DNA of 64,000 bases from Candidatus Rariloculaceae bacterium (GTDB lineage: Bacteria > Pseudomonadota > Gammaproteobacteria > Steroidobacterales > Rariloculaceae): positions 4,939,843 to 5,003,842 of the forward strand of contig OZ253541.1 of NCBI GenBank assembly GCA_965262365.1, written 5' to 3'. Below are positions 27,848 to 36,882 of this stretch, piece by piece. How positions within the stretch are numbered: the stretch's first letter is position 1; every line of letters starts with the position of its first letter. The translations under genes were made by a program, and so were the position numbers. Below the pieces are notes generated by a model. That model was given only the letters and a program-made list of their open reading frames with translations, did no database searches and was not told the origin of the DNA.

Positions 27848-29024
27848 TTTCAGTCTCTGGCGGGTCGCGCTCCTCGCCGGCCTTGCCTGGGGTTGCGAAT
27901 CCGGCACCACCGAATACCGCATCCATGGCGATCTGGGCGAAATCGTCCAGGAAGGGGAAGTCGTGCTGACTCAGTACACGGCCCTGCTCTCCGAACGCGA
28001 GGAGTTTGCGACCGCCCCCATCGACGGCGGGCTGTTCGAACTGCGCGGGGATACCTGGGCGCCGCGATTCGTTACGTTGAAAGTGCTGGTCGATGGGCAG
28101 ACCGATCAGACCATCGATCTGATCGTCGAGCCGGGTGAGGATCTACGCGTCAGCCACGGCGACTGGGTATCGGGGCTCAGCGCCGAAGGCGGCCCTTACC
28201 ATCAACGGCTGATCTCATCCTGGGAGACCAGTCCGGAGTACCTCGTAGCGCTTGAAAACTACCGGGACATCATGACCCGCAAGCAGGCGCTCGAAGACGC
28301 GGGGATCTACGCTACGGGCGCGGTGGAAGGCGAAGAATCGCTCCTGGACCGGGCCTGGGCCGGCTGGGAGGCCCTCAAGGCCATCAAGGAAGACGCGCTT
28401 GACGCCTGGGTGCGCCAGCGCGAGGATCCCCTGGCCGGCTACCTGGCGCTGGAGCTTGGCGGGCGCGACGAGACCACGACCGTGCTGGCCACTCTCGACG
28501 CGCTGGAGCCGCTGCTCCCCGATGAGGTCGTTCGACGGCAACTGCTGCCCATGCGCCTGCGATCCGAGGCCATGGACCGGATCGCGGACAACGTGGACGG
28601 GTTCGCGCTCGGCGAGCACGTGACGGATTTCGCCGTGCCGGACCTTGACGGCAATCCGGTGCGGCTGTACGACCTGCTGGCCGAAAACGAACTCGTGCTG
28701 ATCGACTTCTGGGCGGCGTGGTGTGCTCCGTGTCTGGCACAGTTTCCGCTCCTCAAGGAGCTTCGCGCCGAGTACCGCGACCGCGGCTTCGAAATCCTTG
28801 GGTTTTCCGTGGACGCCGAGGAACAGGTCTGGCGGGACACCAGCGAGGAATACGAGTTGCCGTGGCCCGACGTGAGCGATCAGCAGGCGCTGTCGAGCCC
28901 GGTCGCGATCCGCTACGGCGCTACCATCCTGCCGTTCAACTACCTGCTCGACTCAGATGGGCGGGTTTTGGGAAAGAGGTTGATGCCCGGAGATCTCGAA
29001 GCGGAACTGGCGTCGCGGCTGTAG
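27819..29024 (+). CDS. TlpA-like thiol-disulfide oxidoreductase lipoprotein (divergent copy B)
   Basis: MGFSRIGFGRFSLWRVALLAGLAWGC (lipobox-like) ... LVLIDFWAAWCAPCLAQFPLLKELRAEY. I chose the internal ATG at 27819; the upstream part of ORF 27222.. overlaps copy A out of frame. Confidence 0.8.
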   Translation: MGFSRIGFGRFSLWRVALLAGLAWGCESGTTEYRIHGDLGEIVQEGEVVLTQYTALLSEREEFATAPIDGGLFELRGDTWAPRFVTLKVLVDGQTDQTIDLIVEPGEDLRVSHGDWVSGLSAEGGPYHQRLISSWETSPEYLVALENYRDIMTRKQALEDAGIYATGAVEGEESLLDRAWAGWEALKAIKEDALDAWVRQREDPLAGYLALELGGRDETTTVLATLDALEPLLPDEVVRRQLLPMRLRSEAMDRIADNVDGFALGEHVTDFAVPDLDGNPVRLYDLLAENELVLIDFWAAWCAPCLAQFPLLKELRAEYRDRGFEILGFSVDAEEQVWRDTSEEYELPWPDVSDQQALSSPVAIRYGATILPFNYLLDSDGRVLGKRLMPGDLEAELASRL

Positions 29025-29112
29025 TCCACATTCGTTGAACTCAGGTGCGGAAGGGTAGTCACCTCATAGGAGCGTGACTGAATCACGCGGCTCGAAAACG
29101 CGGAAGATTGAC

Positions 29113-30438
29113 ATGAAGAGATGTTTGACCTGTTGGCTGATAGTTGCGTTGTCTGCTCTGGGCGCGGTGTCTTACGCCCAGGAGTCGACTTTCGTCCTGG
29201 AAGGTGACTTGTCGGCCCATTACGCCGGCGGCATTTTCGTCGTCTGGACGCCCATGCCCGCGCCCGAGACCGGGGAGGGCGCGGCCGTGACGATGGGAGC
29301 GGCATCGACGGCAGCCGCGTCCGCCACCCCGGCGGCTTCGACCGCGACTGCAGCCTCGGGTGCCTCCATGACCGCCGCTTCGAGCGCATCCTCCACCGGG
29401 AGTGCACCATCGTCGACAGAATCGACGCTGAACGTGATCGCCAGGGCGCCCCTCGGAGCCGACGGCACGTTTCGGGTGGAGGCGGCTGTGGATACGCCGC
29501 GCGAAGTGTACTTCTATGTTCTGGAGGCCCGCAGTCACGAGGGCATGCGTATGGCGCCGATGAAGGGTAACGCGTTCATCCTCGAACCGGGCAACCTGCG
29601 ATTGAACATGACCCGGCCCGGGCGCTTCACCATCGAGGGCGGCATGTACAACGACGCCGTCTACAACTCCTGGCGGCGTTCGAATGAGTACATCGCGGCC
29701 GAAGCGCAATACCTGCGCCTGATTCCCTCGGTAGAGGGCGAGACCGAAGACGAGCGCCGCGCCCGGGTCGACGGCTCTTCGGCGGCCTACTCGCGCATGC
29801 TGGGAATCGAGACCGAAGGCCGCGCCCGGATATCGAGCACCCATCCGGATCCGCTGGCCCGGCGTTTCACCATCGAAACCGCCTGGCTGGGCGGCCCGTG
29901 GATTCTCGATGCCTGGCGGGGGCTCGCCGAGATGACCCCGGACGATCCGTATGTCATCGATCGGCTCGCGCGGGCCGAGGTGGCCGAGGCGAAACGGGTC
30001 GAGGAGCGGCGGCGTTTCGAGGTCGGGGCGGACATCCAGGACTTCGTCGCGGACACCCTGGATGGCGAATCGATCCGGCTCGCCGACGTACGGGCCGGGA
30101 GCGAGTTGGTTCTGATTGAGTTCTGGGCTTCCTGGTGCGGCCCCTGCCGGGTCGAGATCCCCCACATGAAGCAAGCCTATGCCAGGTACGCTGACCAGGG
30201 CTTCGAGATTTTTTCGTTCACTGTCGACGACGACCGCCTCGACTGGGAGATCGCCTCCGAGGAAGAGGATCTGCCCTGGTTCGATACCGGGATGGGAATG
30301 GAGCACGAGGCGGCGCTTGCCTACCGCGTGACCGGCGTGCCGAAGAACTTTCTTGTGGAGTCCGGCACCGGCAACATCGTGGCGAAGGACCTGCGCGGCC
30401 ATCACCTGGATATCGCGCTGGAGGAGTTCTTCCAGTAG
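29113..30438 (+). CDS. TlpA/ResA-like thiol-disulfide oxidoreductase (copy A'), close paralog of 26437..27762
   Basis: MKRCLTCWLIVALSALGAVSYAQ ... LVLIEFWASWCGPCRVEIPHMKQAY. Roughly nine in ten residues are identical to copy A by eye, over the same length (441 aa). Confidence 0.8.
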   Translation: MKRCLTCWLIVALSALGAVSYAQESTFVLEGDLSAHYAGGIFVVWTPMPAPETGEGAAVTMGAASTAAASATPAASTATAASGASMTAASSASSTGSAPSSTESTLNVIARAPLGADGTFRVEAAVDTPREVYFYVLEARSHEGMRMAPMKGNAFILEPGNLRLNMTRPGRFTIEGGMYNDAVYNSWRRSNEYIAAEAQYLRLIPSVEGETEDERRARVDGSSAAYSRMLGIETEGRARISSTHPDPLARRFTIETAWLGGPWILDAWRGLAEMTPDDPYVIDRLARAEVAEAKRVEERRRFEVGADIQDFVADTLDGESIRLADVRAGSELVLIEFWASWCGPCRVEIPHMKQAYARYADQGFEIFSFTVDDDRLDWEIASEEEDLPWFDTGMGMEHEAALAYRVTGVPKNFLVESGTGNIVAKDLRGHHLDIALEEFFQ

Positions 30439-30456
30439 TGTGCCGGCGTCTCGTCC

Positions 30457-32436
30457 TTATCGCGCGCCGTTGAAGTAGTCCCTGGCGTGCGCGAAGGCGC
30501 CCTGACCGACCTTCTCGCCGACCAGCCGGCCCGGAATGTCATCCGCCGGCGGATGGATTCCGCCCCATATGCGTGAAAGGCTGGTTTGATCGGCGGCATC
30601 GCGATACGTGGCCCACTGCAGGGTCATGCCTACACTGGGGCCGCGTTCGAAGACCAGGAAGTCATTGGCGGGAATCTCGAATTCGCTCATGCCGCCGGGA
30701 AAGTACTCGCTGCCGGTCAGCGCCGTGAGCACTTCCGCCGCCGCGCGCGAGAACGTCGAGTGCCCGGATATGTAACCCGCGAACGGCGGCGTCACGAAGG
30801 TCGGGCGCTGGTACGGCACCCAGCGCTCGGCCAGGATCCAGTCCACGCCCGCGGTATCGGCCGTGGGATCGTCGACGAAATTCGTGCCCCGCCACGCCTT
30901 CACCTTGATCTTGCCGACATGCTCGACGGCGCCGCCGCCGATGGGATCTCCGGGCCGGACCACTTCCATGTAGCCCGGAAAGAGCGGGATGCCGGCCTCG
31001 GAGTACGAGGGCCCGGAAGGATCGGCACTCTGGCCACGGTCGGCCATTGCCCGAATGGCGGAGATGGGCCGCAGGTAGTCGTACCAGCCCTTGATGCCCC
31101 AGGCGGCGATCGCCGCATCGTGCATCGCGCCGCCCAGCGCAAAGTAGGCCTTGACGTACCATTCCATCGGATCCAGTGTCGGACCGGTGCCCTCGAACCG
31201 CTTTTCGAGCTCCGGATGATCGGCAACCTCGTTGAGGATCACGAACCAGTGCCCGGGCGGGGTCTCCGAATCCGGGCCGTCCGCCCAGTATTCGGCGAGA
31301 ACGCGGGTATAGTCGCCGCGGGGTACCAATTGCTGCGCGTAGGGTTCACTGGTGACGGGGTTGGTCGCGTAGCCCAATCCCGCATCGCCGCCATTGAAAT
31401 AGTCGAAGAAGGTATCGTATTCCTGGCCGCTGGCCGGATAGCGAAGCACGTTGCCAGTACCTGCAGGCGAAATATCCATCATCACGCCGTCGCTCGGGTC
31501 CAGGTGGGAAGACCAGACCGCCACCATCGAGAAACCGCGCTTGTAGAGGTCCGACTCCGCCCCGCGGTAACTCGGCGGCGGTCCCGGATCGTGGTAGACG
31601 TAGTAGTCGAAATCGTCGCGCCGGTAGACGGTCAGGTCGGCCTCGTCCAGGGCAAATGGCTCCACGCGGCCCCATTCGGGCCCGAGAAACGGCGGTTCGC
31701 CGTCTTCGAGCAGGTTGCCCGCCTGGTCGATGGCGATCGGCAGCGAGACCGACTGCCATCGATCCAGATCGACGATGCCTGGATTGCCCGGCTCCGTCGG
31801 ATCGATACCCGGGTTCACGGGCATGTAATTCGTAATGGCGAAATTGTTCTCCTCGTTCGAACCGTCCTGCAGACCGAAACGGATGTAACAGTCGGCGATA
31901 TGGTTCCCAAGGGCCGCGGCCGACCCCGCTGCATAATCGAGCGAAGTATCGTCCACGTCGAATTCCAGGTCCTCCATCAACAGGGCGGACGACCGCCTGA
32001 TATCGGCCACCCCCGGCGATTCGGCAAATCGATGGGTGATCAACCGATAGGCGGCATGGCTCATCGCCTCTTCCCGCGCGGCGCGAATGTCGCCCGGCCG
32101 GGCGAACTCGTCCAGGTCGCAGCCAAACCTTTCGATCTGCCTGCCGAGGAGGTAGGTTGCCGCCGTATCCGAGTGGACCGCCCAGGCGTCGTACATCGCC
32201 GCGGAAACGTGGAACAGGTTGCGGGCATGCACCGTCGGGCGCGCGTAGTCGTTTCGAATCGCCTCCAGCAACAGGTCGGTCCACTGCCTGGCGACGACCG
32301 GCCCCTGCGGTTCCGGGGTCACCGTGGGAGGTACCCCGATTCCGACGCCCCCGCCGGGACCGCCACCCCCACCCGATCCGCCGCAGCCCGCCAGCAGCAC
32401 CGACACCAGCAGGTAACGACTGCGGCGGGTCATCAT
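30457..32436 (-). CDS. PAP2-superfamily / vanadium-haloperoxidase-like lipoprotein
   Basis: MMTRRSRYLLVSVLLAGCGGSGGGG lipoprotein signal. PAP2 motifs are present: ...PYQRP, YISGHSTFSRAAAEVL, SRIWGGIHPPADD. Confidence 0.7.
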   Translation of the reverse strand: MMTRRSRYLLVSVLLAGCGGSGGGGGPGGGVGIGVPPTVTPEPQGPVVARQWTDLLLEAIRNDYARPTVHARNLFHVSAAMYDAWAVHSDTAATYLLGRQIERFGCDLDEFARPGDIRAAREEAMSHAAYRLITHRFAESPGVADIRRSSALLMEDLEFDVDDTSLDYAAGSAAALGNHIADCYIRFGLQDGSNEENNFAITNYMPVNPGIDPTEPGNPGIVDLDRWQSVSLPIAIDQAGNLLEDGEPPFLGPEWGRVEPFALDEADLTVYRRDDFDYYVYHDPGPPPSYRGAESDLYKRGFSMVAVWSSHLDPSDGVMMDISPAGTGNVLRYPASGQEYDTFFDYFNGGDAGLGYATNPVTSEPYAQQLVPRGDYTRVLAEYWADGPDSETPPGHWFVILNEVADHPELEKRFEGTGPTLDPMEWYVKAYFALGGAMHDAAIAAWGIKGWYDYLRPISAIRAMADRGQSADPSGPSYSEAGIPLFPGYMEVVRPGDPIGGGAVEHVGKIKVKAWRGTNFVDDPTADTAGVDWILAERWVPYQRPTFVTPPFAGYISGHSTFSRAAAEVLTALTGSEYFPGGMSEFEIPANDFLVFERGPSVGMTLQWATYRDAADQTSLSRIWGGIHPPADDIPGRLVGEKVGQGAFAHARDYFNGAR

Positions 32437-34163
32437 CTTTGCGGATGATCGATGACCAGTTCCCGGTTGGCGGCGAGCGCCTGCATGACGGTTCGTTCCC
32501 CGTCGGGCCACTCCACCGTCAACGTGTCGACCTGGGTCATCGAACCCAATCCGAAGAGTTGGTCGGTGGGGTTATGCGAGGCGAAGTTGCTGCCGAGGGT
32601 GACTTCGCGCAGATGATCTTCGCCCGCGATGGTCGCCACGATCCGCGCTCCAATGGCCTGCGTATTCGGCGCCGCGCCGCGCAGCCGCACGCTCAGCCAG
32701 TTGTTCGTGGTCTGGTTCATCCACAGCGTCGCTGCATTCTCGGCGTGCATGTGCAGTTGCAGGATATCCGTATCGCCGTCGTTGTCGAAATCGGCGCAAA
32801 CGATGCCGCGGCCCTGCTCGGCGTCGTCGAGTCCGAGTTCCTGCGCGCGCTCAGTGAACGTGCCGTCGCCGTTGGAGACAAAAGCCCTCGACGTATCGGT
32901 GTTGAACCCTCCATAAAAGTCCCAATTCTGCCAGCCGTTGGTGTGATAGATGTCGAGGTCGCCGTCGTTTTCAAAGTCCAGGAAACAACTCCCCCAGCCC
33001 CAGCCACCGTCCGTCACGCCGGCCTCGGCCGTGACGTCGGCAAACGTGCCGTCGTCGTTGCGGTACAGCCGGTTGCCGACGCGTGACAAGCGGAACGGAA
33101 CGTCTTCGCCCACCGCACGGATGCTGCTGACGAACCAGTCGAGATCGCCATCGCCGTCAAAGTCGCCGACGGCCGATCCCATGCCGTTGCCGTCAATGAT
33201 CACGTCGTAGTCCGTGACGTTGCTGAACGTGCCGTCCCCGTTGTTGATGAACACCTGCGTGGAGTTGAAATCGGCGACCACAAGAATGTCGGGAAATGCA
33301 TCGTCGTTGATATGGGCGAACGTCGGCGCGAACGTATGATCGCTGTTTCGCTCCGTCACGAGTGGATCGGTACTGCTGATGATCGATGGCGCGATTCCGC
33401 TTTGTTCGCTGACGCTTGTAAAGCGTATGCCGGCGCTGTCGCTGTCGTTGCGCCACAGGTGCTCGGTATCTCCCGGGTTGCCGGCATAGTCACGCGGCGT
33501 ACCCCAGTGCGCCAACATCAGATCCAGATCGCCGTCGAGATCGTAGTCGCCGAACGCCGGCGACATGCTGTTTTGGGCACGCATGCGATCCAGGCCCGAA
33601 CCGCTCGATACGTCCGTGAACGTGCCGTCGCCGTTGTTGGCGAACACCATGGTGGGATCGCCGTCCAGGCCCGGCAGCACCAGGTCTAGGTCGTTGTCGC
33701 CGTCGAGATCCGCGAACGCGGGTGAACTGTGCCGGTAACTTCCGAAAATGGACTTCGTGGCTGCCACGCCGGCCTCGGCTGCAACGTCCTCGAAGACCAG
33801 GTTCCCGGTGTTGCGATAAAGAAGATTCGGGCCGCTGTCGCCGCGTACGATGAACAGGTCTATGTCGCCATCGTCATCGTAGTCGCCCGCCGCCGCGCCG
33901 CTGGGCAGGGTAATCGTCAATTCGGAATTCGACATCGGTTCGAGAAAGCCTACCGTGAAGCTGATTCCGGAGGCCGCCGTCATATCCACGAACATGGCCG
34001 AGCCGGTCGGCGGCGGGGGTGGCGGCGGCGGGGGTGGCGTTACAGGCGGCGGCGGGCCTCCGCCTCCGGGGGGATTCGCCGGACCGCCGCCCGAACCGCC
34101 GCCGCAACCTGCCGCAACGGCGACGCAACCGACGACAGCGAATGTCCTGAAACGCGCTGTCAT
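32433..34163 (-). CDS. CRTAC1-family protein (FG-GAP/VCBS repeats + ASPIC/UnbV), copy A
   Basis: 576 aa: repeated DYDDDGDIDLF, DLDGDNDLDL, DFDGDGDLDWF, DFENDGDLDIY, DFDNDGDTDI. C-terminal REVTLGSNFASHNPTDQLFGLG..VDTLTVEWPDG is the UnbV_ASPIC part. Start overlaps the upstream gene by 4 nt. Confidence 0.8.
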   Translation of the reverse strand: MTARFRTFAVVGCVAVAAGCGGGSGGGPANPPGGGGPPPPVTPPPPPPPPPPTGSAMFVDMTAASGISFTVGFLEPMSNSELTITLPSGAAAGDYDDDGDIDLFIVRGDSGPNLLYRNTGNLVFEDVAAEAGVAATKSIFGSYRHSSPAFADLDGDNDLDLVLPGLDGDPTMVFANNGDGTFTDVSSGSGLDRMRAQNSMSPAFGDYDLDGDLDLMLAHWGTPRDYAGNPGDTEHLWRNDSDSAGIRFTSVSEQSGIAPSIISSTDPLVTERNSDHTFAPTFAHINDDAFPDILVVADFNSTQVFINNGDGTFSNVTDYDVIIDGNGMGSAVGDFDGDGDLDWFVSSIRAVGEDVPFRLSRVGNRLYRNDDGTFADVTAEAGVTDGGWGWGSCFLDFENDGDLDIYHTNGWQNWDFYGGFNTDTSRAFVSNGDGTFTERAQELGLDDAEQGRGIVCADFDNDGDTDILQLHMHAENAATLWMNQTTNNWLSVRLRGAAPNTQAIGARIVATIAGEDHLREVTLGSNFASHNPTDQLFGLGSMTQVDTLTVEWPDGERTVMQALAANRELVIDHPQR

Positions 34164-34293
34164 CGTTCCAATCTTAACGGACGAACAAGCCCCCGGGGGC
34201 CTCGATTCGTGCCGTGCGTTCCCTCAGGTCGGAGATATCGGAGCGGACCGCCCAGGCGTCGTACATCGCCGCGGAAACGATTGCGGCGGGTAT
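34164..34293. repeat. duplication junction scar between the two CRTAC1 copies
   Basis: 34164-34200 equals 36025-36062 (sequence just downstream of copy B). About 34201-34247 equals about 36150-36196 (3' end of the small membrane gene). About 34248-34275 equals 32176-32210 (inside the PAP2 gene). About 34276-34293 equals 32421-32455 (PAP2 gene start). Confidence 0.7.
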
Positions 34294-36024
34294 TCATCGC
34301 TGCGGATGATCGATGACCAGCTCCTGGTTGGCGGCGAGCGTCTGCATGACGGTCCGTTCGCCGTCGGGCCACTCCACGGTCAACGTATCGACCTGGGTCA
34401 TCGAACCCAATCCGAAGAGTTGGTCAGTGGGGTTGTGTGAGGCGAAGTTGCTGCCGAGGGTGACTTCGCGCAGTTGGTCTTCGCCCGCGATGGTCGCAAC
34501 GATCCGCGCGCCGACGGCCTGGGTATTCGGCGCCGCGCCGCGAAGCCGCACGCTCAGCCAGTTGTTCGTGGCTTGGTTCATCCACAGCGTCGCTGCATTG
34601 TCGGAGTGCATGTGCAGTTGCAGGATATCGGTGTCGCCGTCGTTATCAAAATCAGCGCAGACGATGCCGCGGCCCTGCTCGGCGTCGTTGAGTCCGAGTT
34701 CCTCCGCGCGCTCTGTGAAAGTGCCGTCGCCGTTGGAGACAAAGGCCCTCGACGTATCGGTGTTGAACCCTCCAAACTCGTCCCAATCCTGCCAGCCGTT
34801 GGTGTGATAGATGTCGAGGTCGCCGTCGTTTTCGAAGTCCAGGAAACAACTCCCCCAGCCCCAACCTCCGTCTGTCACACCGGCATCGGCCGTTATGTCG
34901 GCAAAGGTGCCGTCGTCGTTGCGGTACAATCGATTGCCGACACGCGACAAATGTGACGGAACGTCTTCGCCCACCGCACGGATACTGCTGACGAACCAGT
35001 CGAGATCGCCATCGCCATCGAAGTCGCCCACGGCCGATCCCATCCCGTTGCCGTCAATGATCACATCGTAGTCCGTGACGTTGCTGAATGTGCCGTCCCC
35101 GTTGTTGATGAATACCAGTGTGGAGTTGAAATCGGCGACCACGAGGATGTCGGGAAGCGCATCGTCGTTGATGCGGGCAAAAGTTGGCGTAAATGTGTTG
35201 TCGAAGGTTCGACTCGTGACGAGCGGATCCCGGTTGACGACGATCGACGGCGCGATTCCGCTCGCTTCACTGACGCTGGTAAACCGAATGCCGGTGTTGT
35301 CGCTGTCGTTACGCCAGAGGTGTTCGGTATCTCCGGGAACGCCCGCCAAGCCCCACACCAGGCCCCAGTGACCGAGCATCAGGTCGAGATCGCCGTCGCG
35401 ATCGTAGTCGCCGAATGCCGGCGACATGTTGTGTTCGGCGCGCATGCGGTCCAGGCCCGAACCGCTCGTTACGTCGGTGAACGTACCGTCGCCGTTGTTG
35501 GCGAACAGCAAGGTGGAATCGCCGTCCAGGCCCGGCAGCAACAGGTCCAGATCATTGTCGCCGTCGAGGTCCGCGAATGCGGGTGAACTGTGCCGGTAAT
35601 TTTCAACGGCGGACTTCGTGAATGCCACGCCGGCCTCGGCTGCGACGTCCTCGAAGACCAGGTTCCCGGTGTTGCGGTAAAGAAGATTCGGTCCCCTGTC
35701 GCCGCGGACGATGAACAGGTCGATGTCGCCGTCGTCATCGTAGTCCGCCGCCGCCACGCCACTCGGCAAGATCATCGCCACTTCGGGATTCGATATCGGT
35801 TGGAGAAAGCCTACCGTGAAACTTATTCCGGAGGCCGCCGTCATATCCACGAACATGGCCGAGCCGGTCGGCGGCGGGGTCGGCGGCGGCGGGGGTGGCG
35901 TTACAGGCGGCGGCGGGCCTCCGGTTCCGGTGGGATTCGCCGGACCGCCGCCCGAACCGCCGCCGCAACCTGCCGCCACGGCGAAGAAACCGACGACCGC
36001 AAATGTCCTGAAACGCGCTGTCAT
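34294..36024 (-). CDS. CRTAC1-family protein, copy B (tandem duplicate)
   Basis: Same length (576 aa) and the same repeat and UnbV motifs as copy A. Most positions are identical by eye. Confidence 0.8.
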   Translation of the reverse strand: MTARFRTFAVVGFFAVAAGCGGGSGGGPANPTGTGGPPPPVTPPPPPPTPPPTGSAMFVDMTAASGISFTVGFLQPISNPEVAMILPSGVAAADYDDDGDIDLFIVRGDRGPNLLYRNTGNLVFEDVAAEAGVAFTKSAVENYRHSSPAFADLDGDNDLDLLLPGLDGDSTLLFANNGDGTFTDVTSGSGLDRMRAEHNMSPAFGDYDRDGDLDLMLGHWGLVWGLAGVPGDTEHLWRNDSDNTGIRFTSVSEASGIAPSIVVNRDPLVTSRTFDNTFTPTFARINDDALPDILVVADFNSTLVFINNGDGTFSNVTDYDVIIDGNGMGSAVGDFDGDGDLDWFVSSIRAVGEDVPSHLSRVGNRLYRNDDGTFADITADAGVTDGGWGWGSCFLDFENDGDLDIYHTNGWQDWDEFGGFNTDTSRAFVSNGDGTFTERAEELGLNDAEQGRGIVCADFDNDGDTDILQLHMHSDNAATLWMNQATNNWLSVRLRGAAPNTQAVGARIVATIAGEDQLREVTLGSNFASHNPTDQLFGLGSMTQVDTLTVEWPDGERTVMQTLAANQELVIDHPQR

Positions 36025-36126
36025 CGTTCCAATCTTAACGGACGAACAAGCCCCCGGGGGCTCTAGAATCGATTAACGAATTTCAGGCCATTGATCTCGC
36101 GGCTCAGCGCCGAAGGCGACCCTTGC

Positions 36127-36423
36127 CTAGCGGCTCTCGGGCGTCACGCCCACGTGGACCTCGATTCGTGCCGTGCGTTCCCTCAGGTCGGAGATATCGG
36201 AGCGCATCACGCGAATGTCGCCGCGAATCTCCGCGACATCGCCACGCAAGGCGGCGTGTTCCTGTGCGGCCGATGCGCGCAACGCGGCATGTTGTTCGTC
36301 GGCCGATCTGCGCATCGCATCGTGTTGCGTGACGATGAGCGTGGCGATCGCGATCGTCGATGCCAGCACCGTGCCCACCGTGGAGCCGATGATCGTGAAT
36401 GTCTGTTGCCGGTCGGAATTCAT
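36127..36423 (-). CDS. small single-pass membrane coiled-coil protein, 98 aa (may extend to 36627)
   Basis: MNSDRQQTFTIIGSTVGTVLASTIAIATLIVTQ (TM) followed by ...HAALRGDVAEIRGDIRVMRSDISDLRERTARIEVHVGV. Related to 43867..44202. Confidence 0.5.
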   Translation of the reverse strand: MNSDRQQTFTIIGSTVGTVLASTIAIATLIVTQHDAMRRSADEQHAALRASAAQEHAALRGDVAEIRGDIRVMRSDISDLRERTARIEVHVGVTPESR

Positions 36424-36645
36424 GCCATGCTCAACGGTTGGCGGCTCGCGGCAGTAACCTCCCGCTTGGGCCTCCACGCAGTCCGCCAACATCCCCATGG
36501 TAACCCAGTCCAGTTCGGCAAGCACCGGCATTTCCGGCTGTTTGGGCAAGAAATGATCGGTCGGCCTGCTGCCGAAAGGGTTGTATGCTTCGGATTTACC
36601 CGGTAATCTTTCCTTACATTCCGACATCCTTTTATCGGGAAAATC

Positions 36646-36882
36646 ATGCTTGCGAAATTAACGGCAAAGAACCAGATGACATTACCCAAGTCGGTACTGG
36701 CCACCTGCGAAGAAGCGACCTATTTCGATGTCACCAGCGAAAACGGTCGAATTGTATTGACGCCGGTCCGCATTAATCGTGCCGATGCCGTGCGAGCGAA
36801 GTTGGCCGAACTGGGAATTACGGAGAAAGACGCGGCGGATGCCGTGTTGTGGGTACGCGGTAATCCAAAACCCGCCCGATGA
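36646..36882 (+). CDS. AbrB/MazE/SpoVT-family antitoxin
   Basis: MLAKLTAKNQMTLPKSVL...RIVLTPV is the SpoVT-AbrB fold signature. The stop overlaps the toxin start (ATGA). Confidence 0.75.
   Translation: MLAKLTAKNQMTLPKSVLATCEEATYFDVTSENGRIVLTPVRINRADAVRAKLAELGITEKDAADAVLWVRGNPKPAR

Noticed and set aside
30586-32448. 620-aa plus-strand ORF
   Set aside because: Antisense to the PAP2/haloperoxidase-like gene, which has clear catalytic motifs and a lipoprotein signal.
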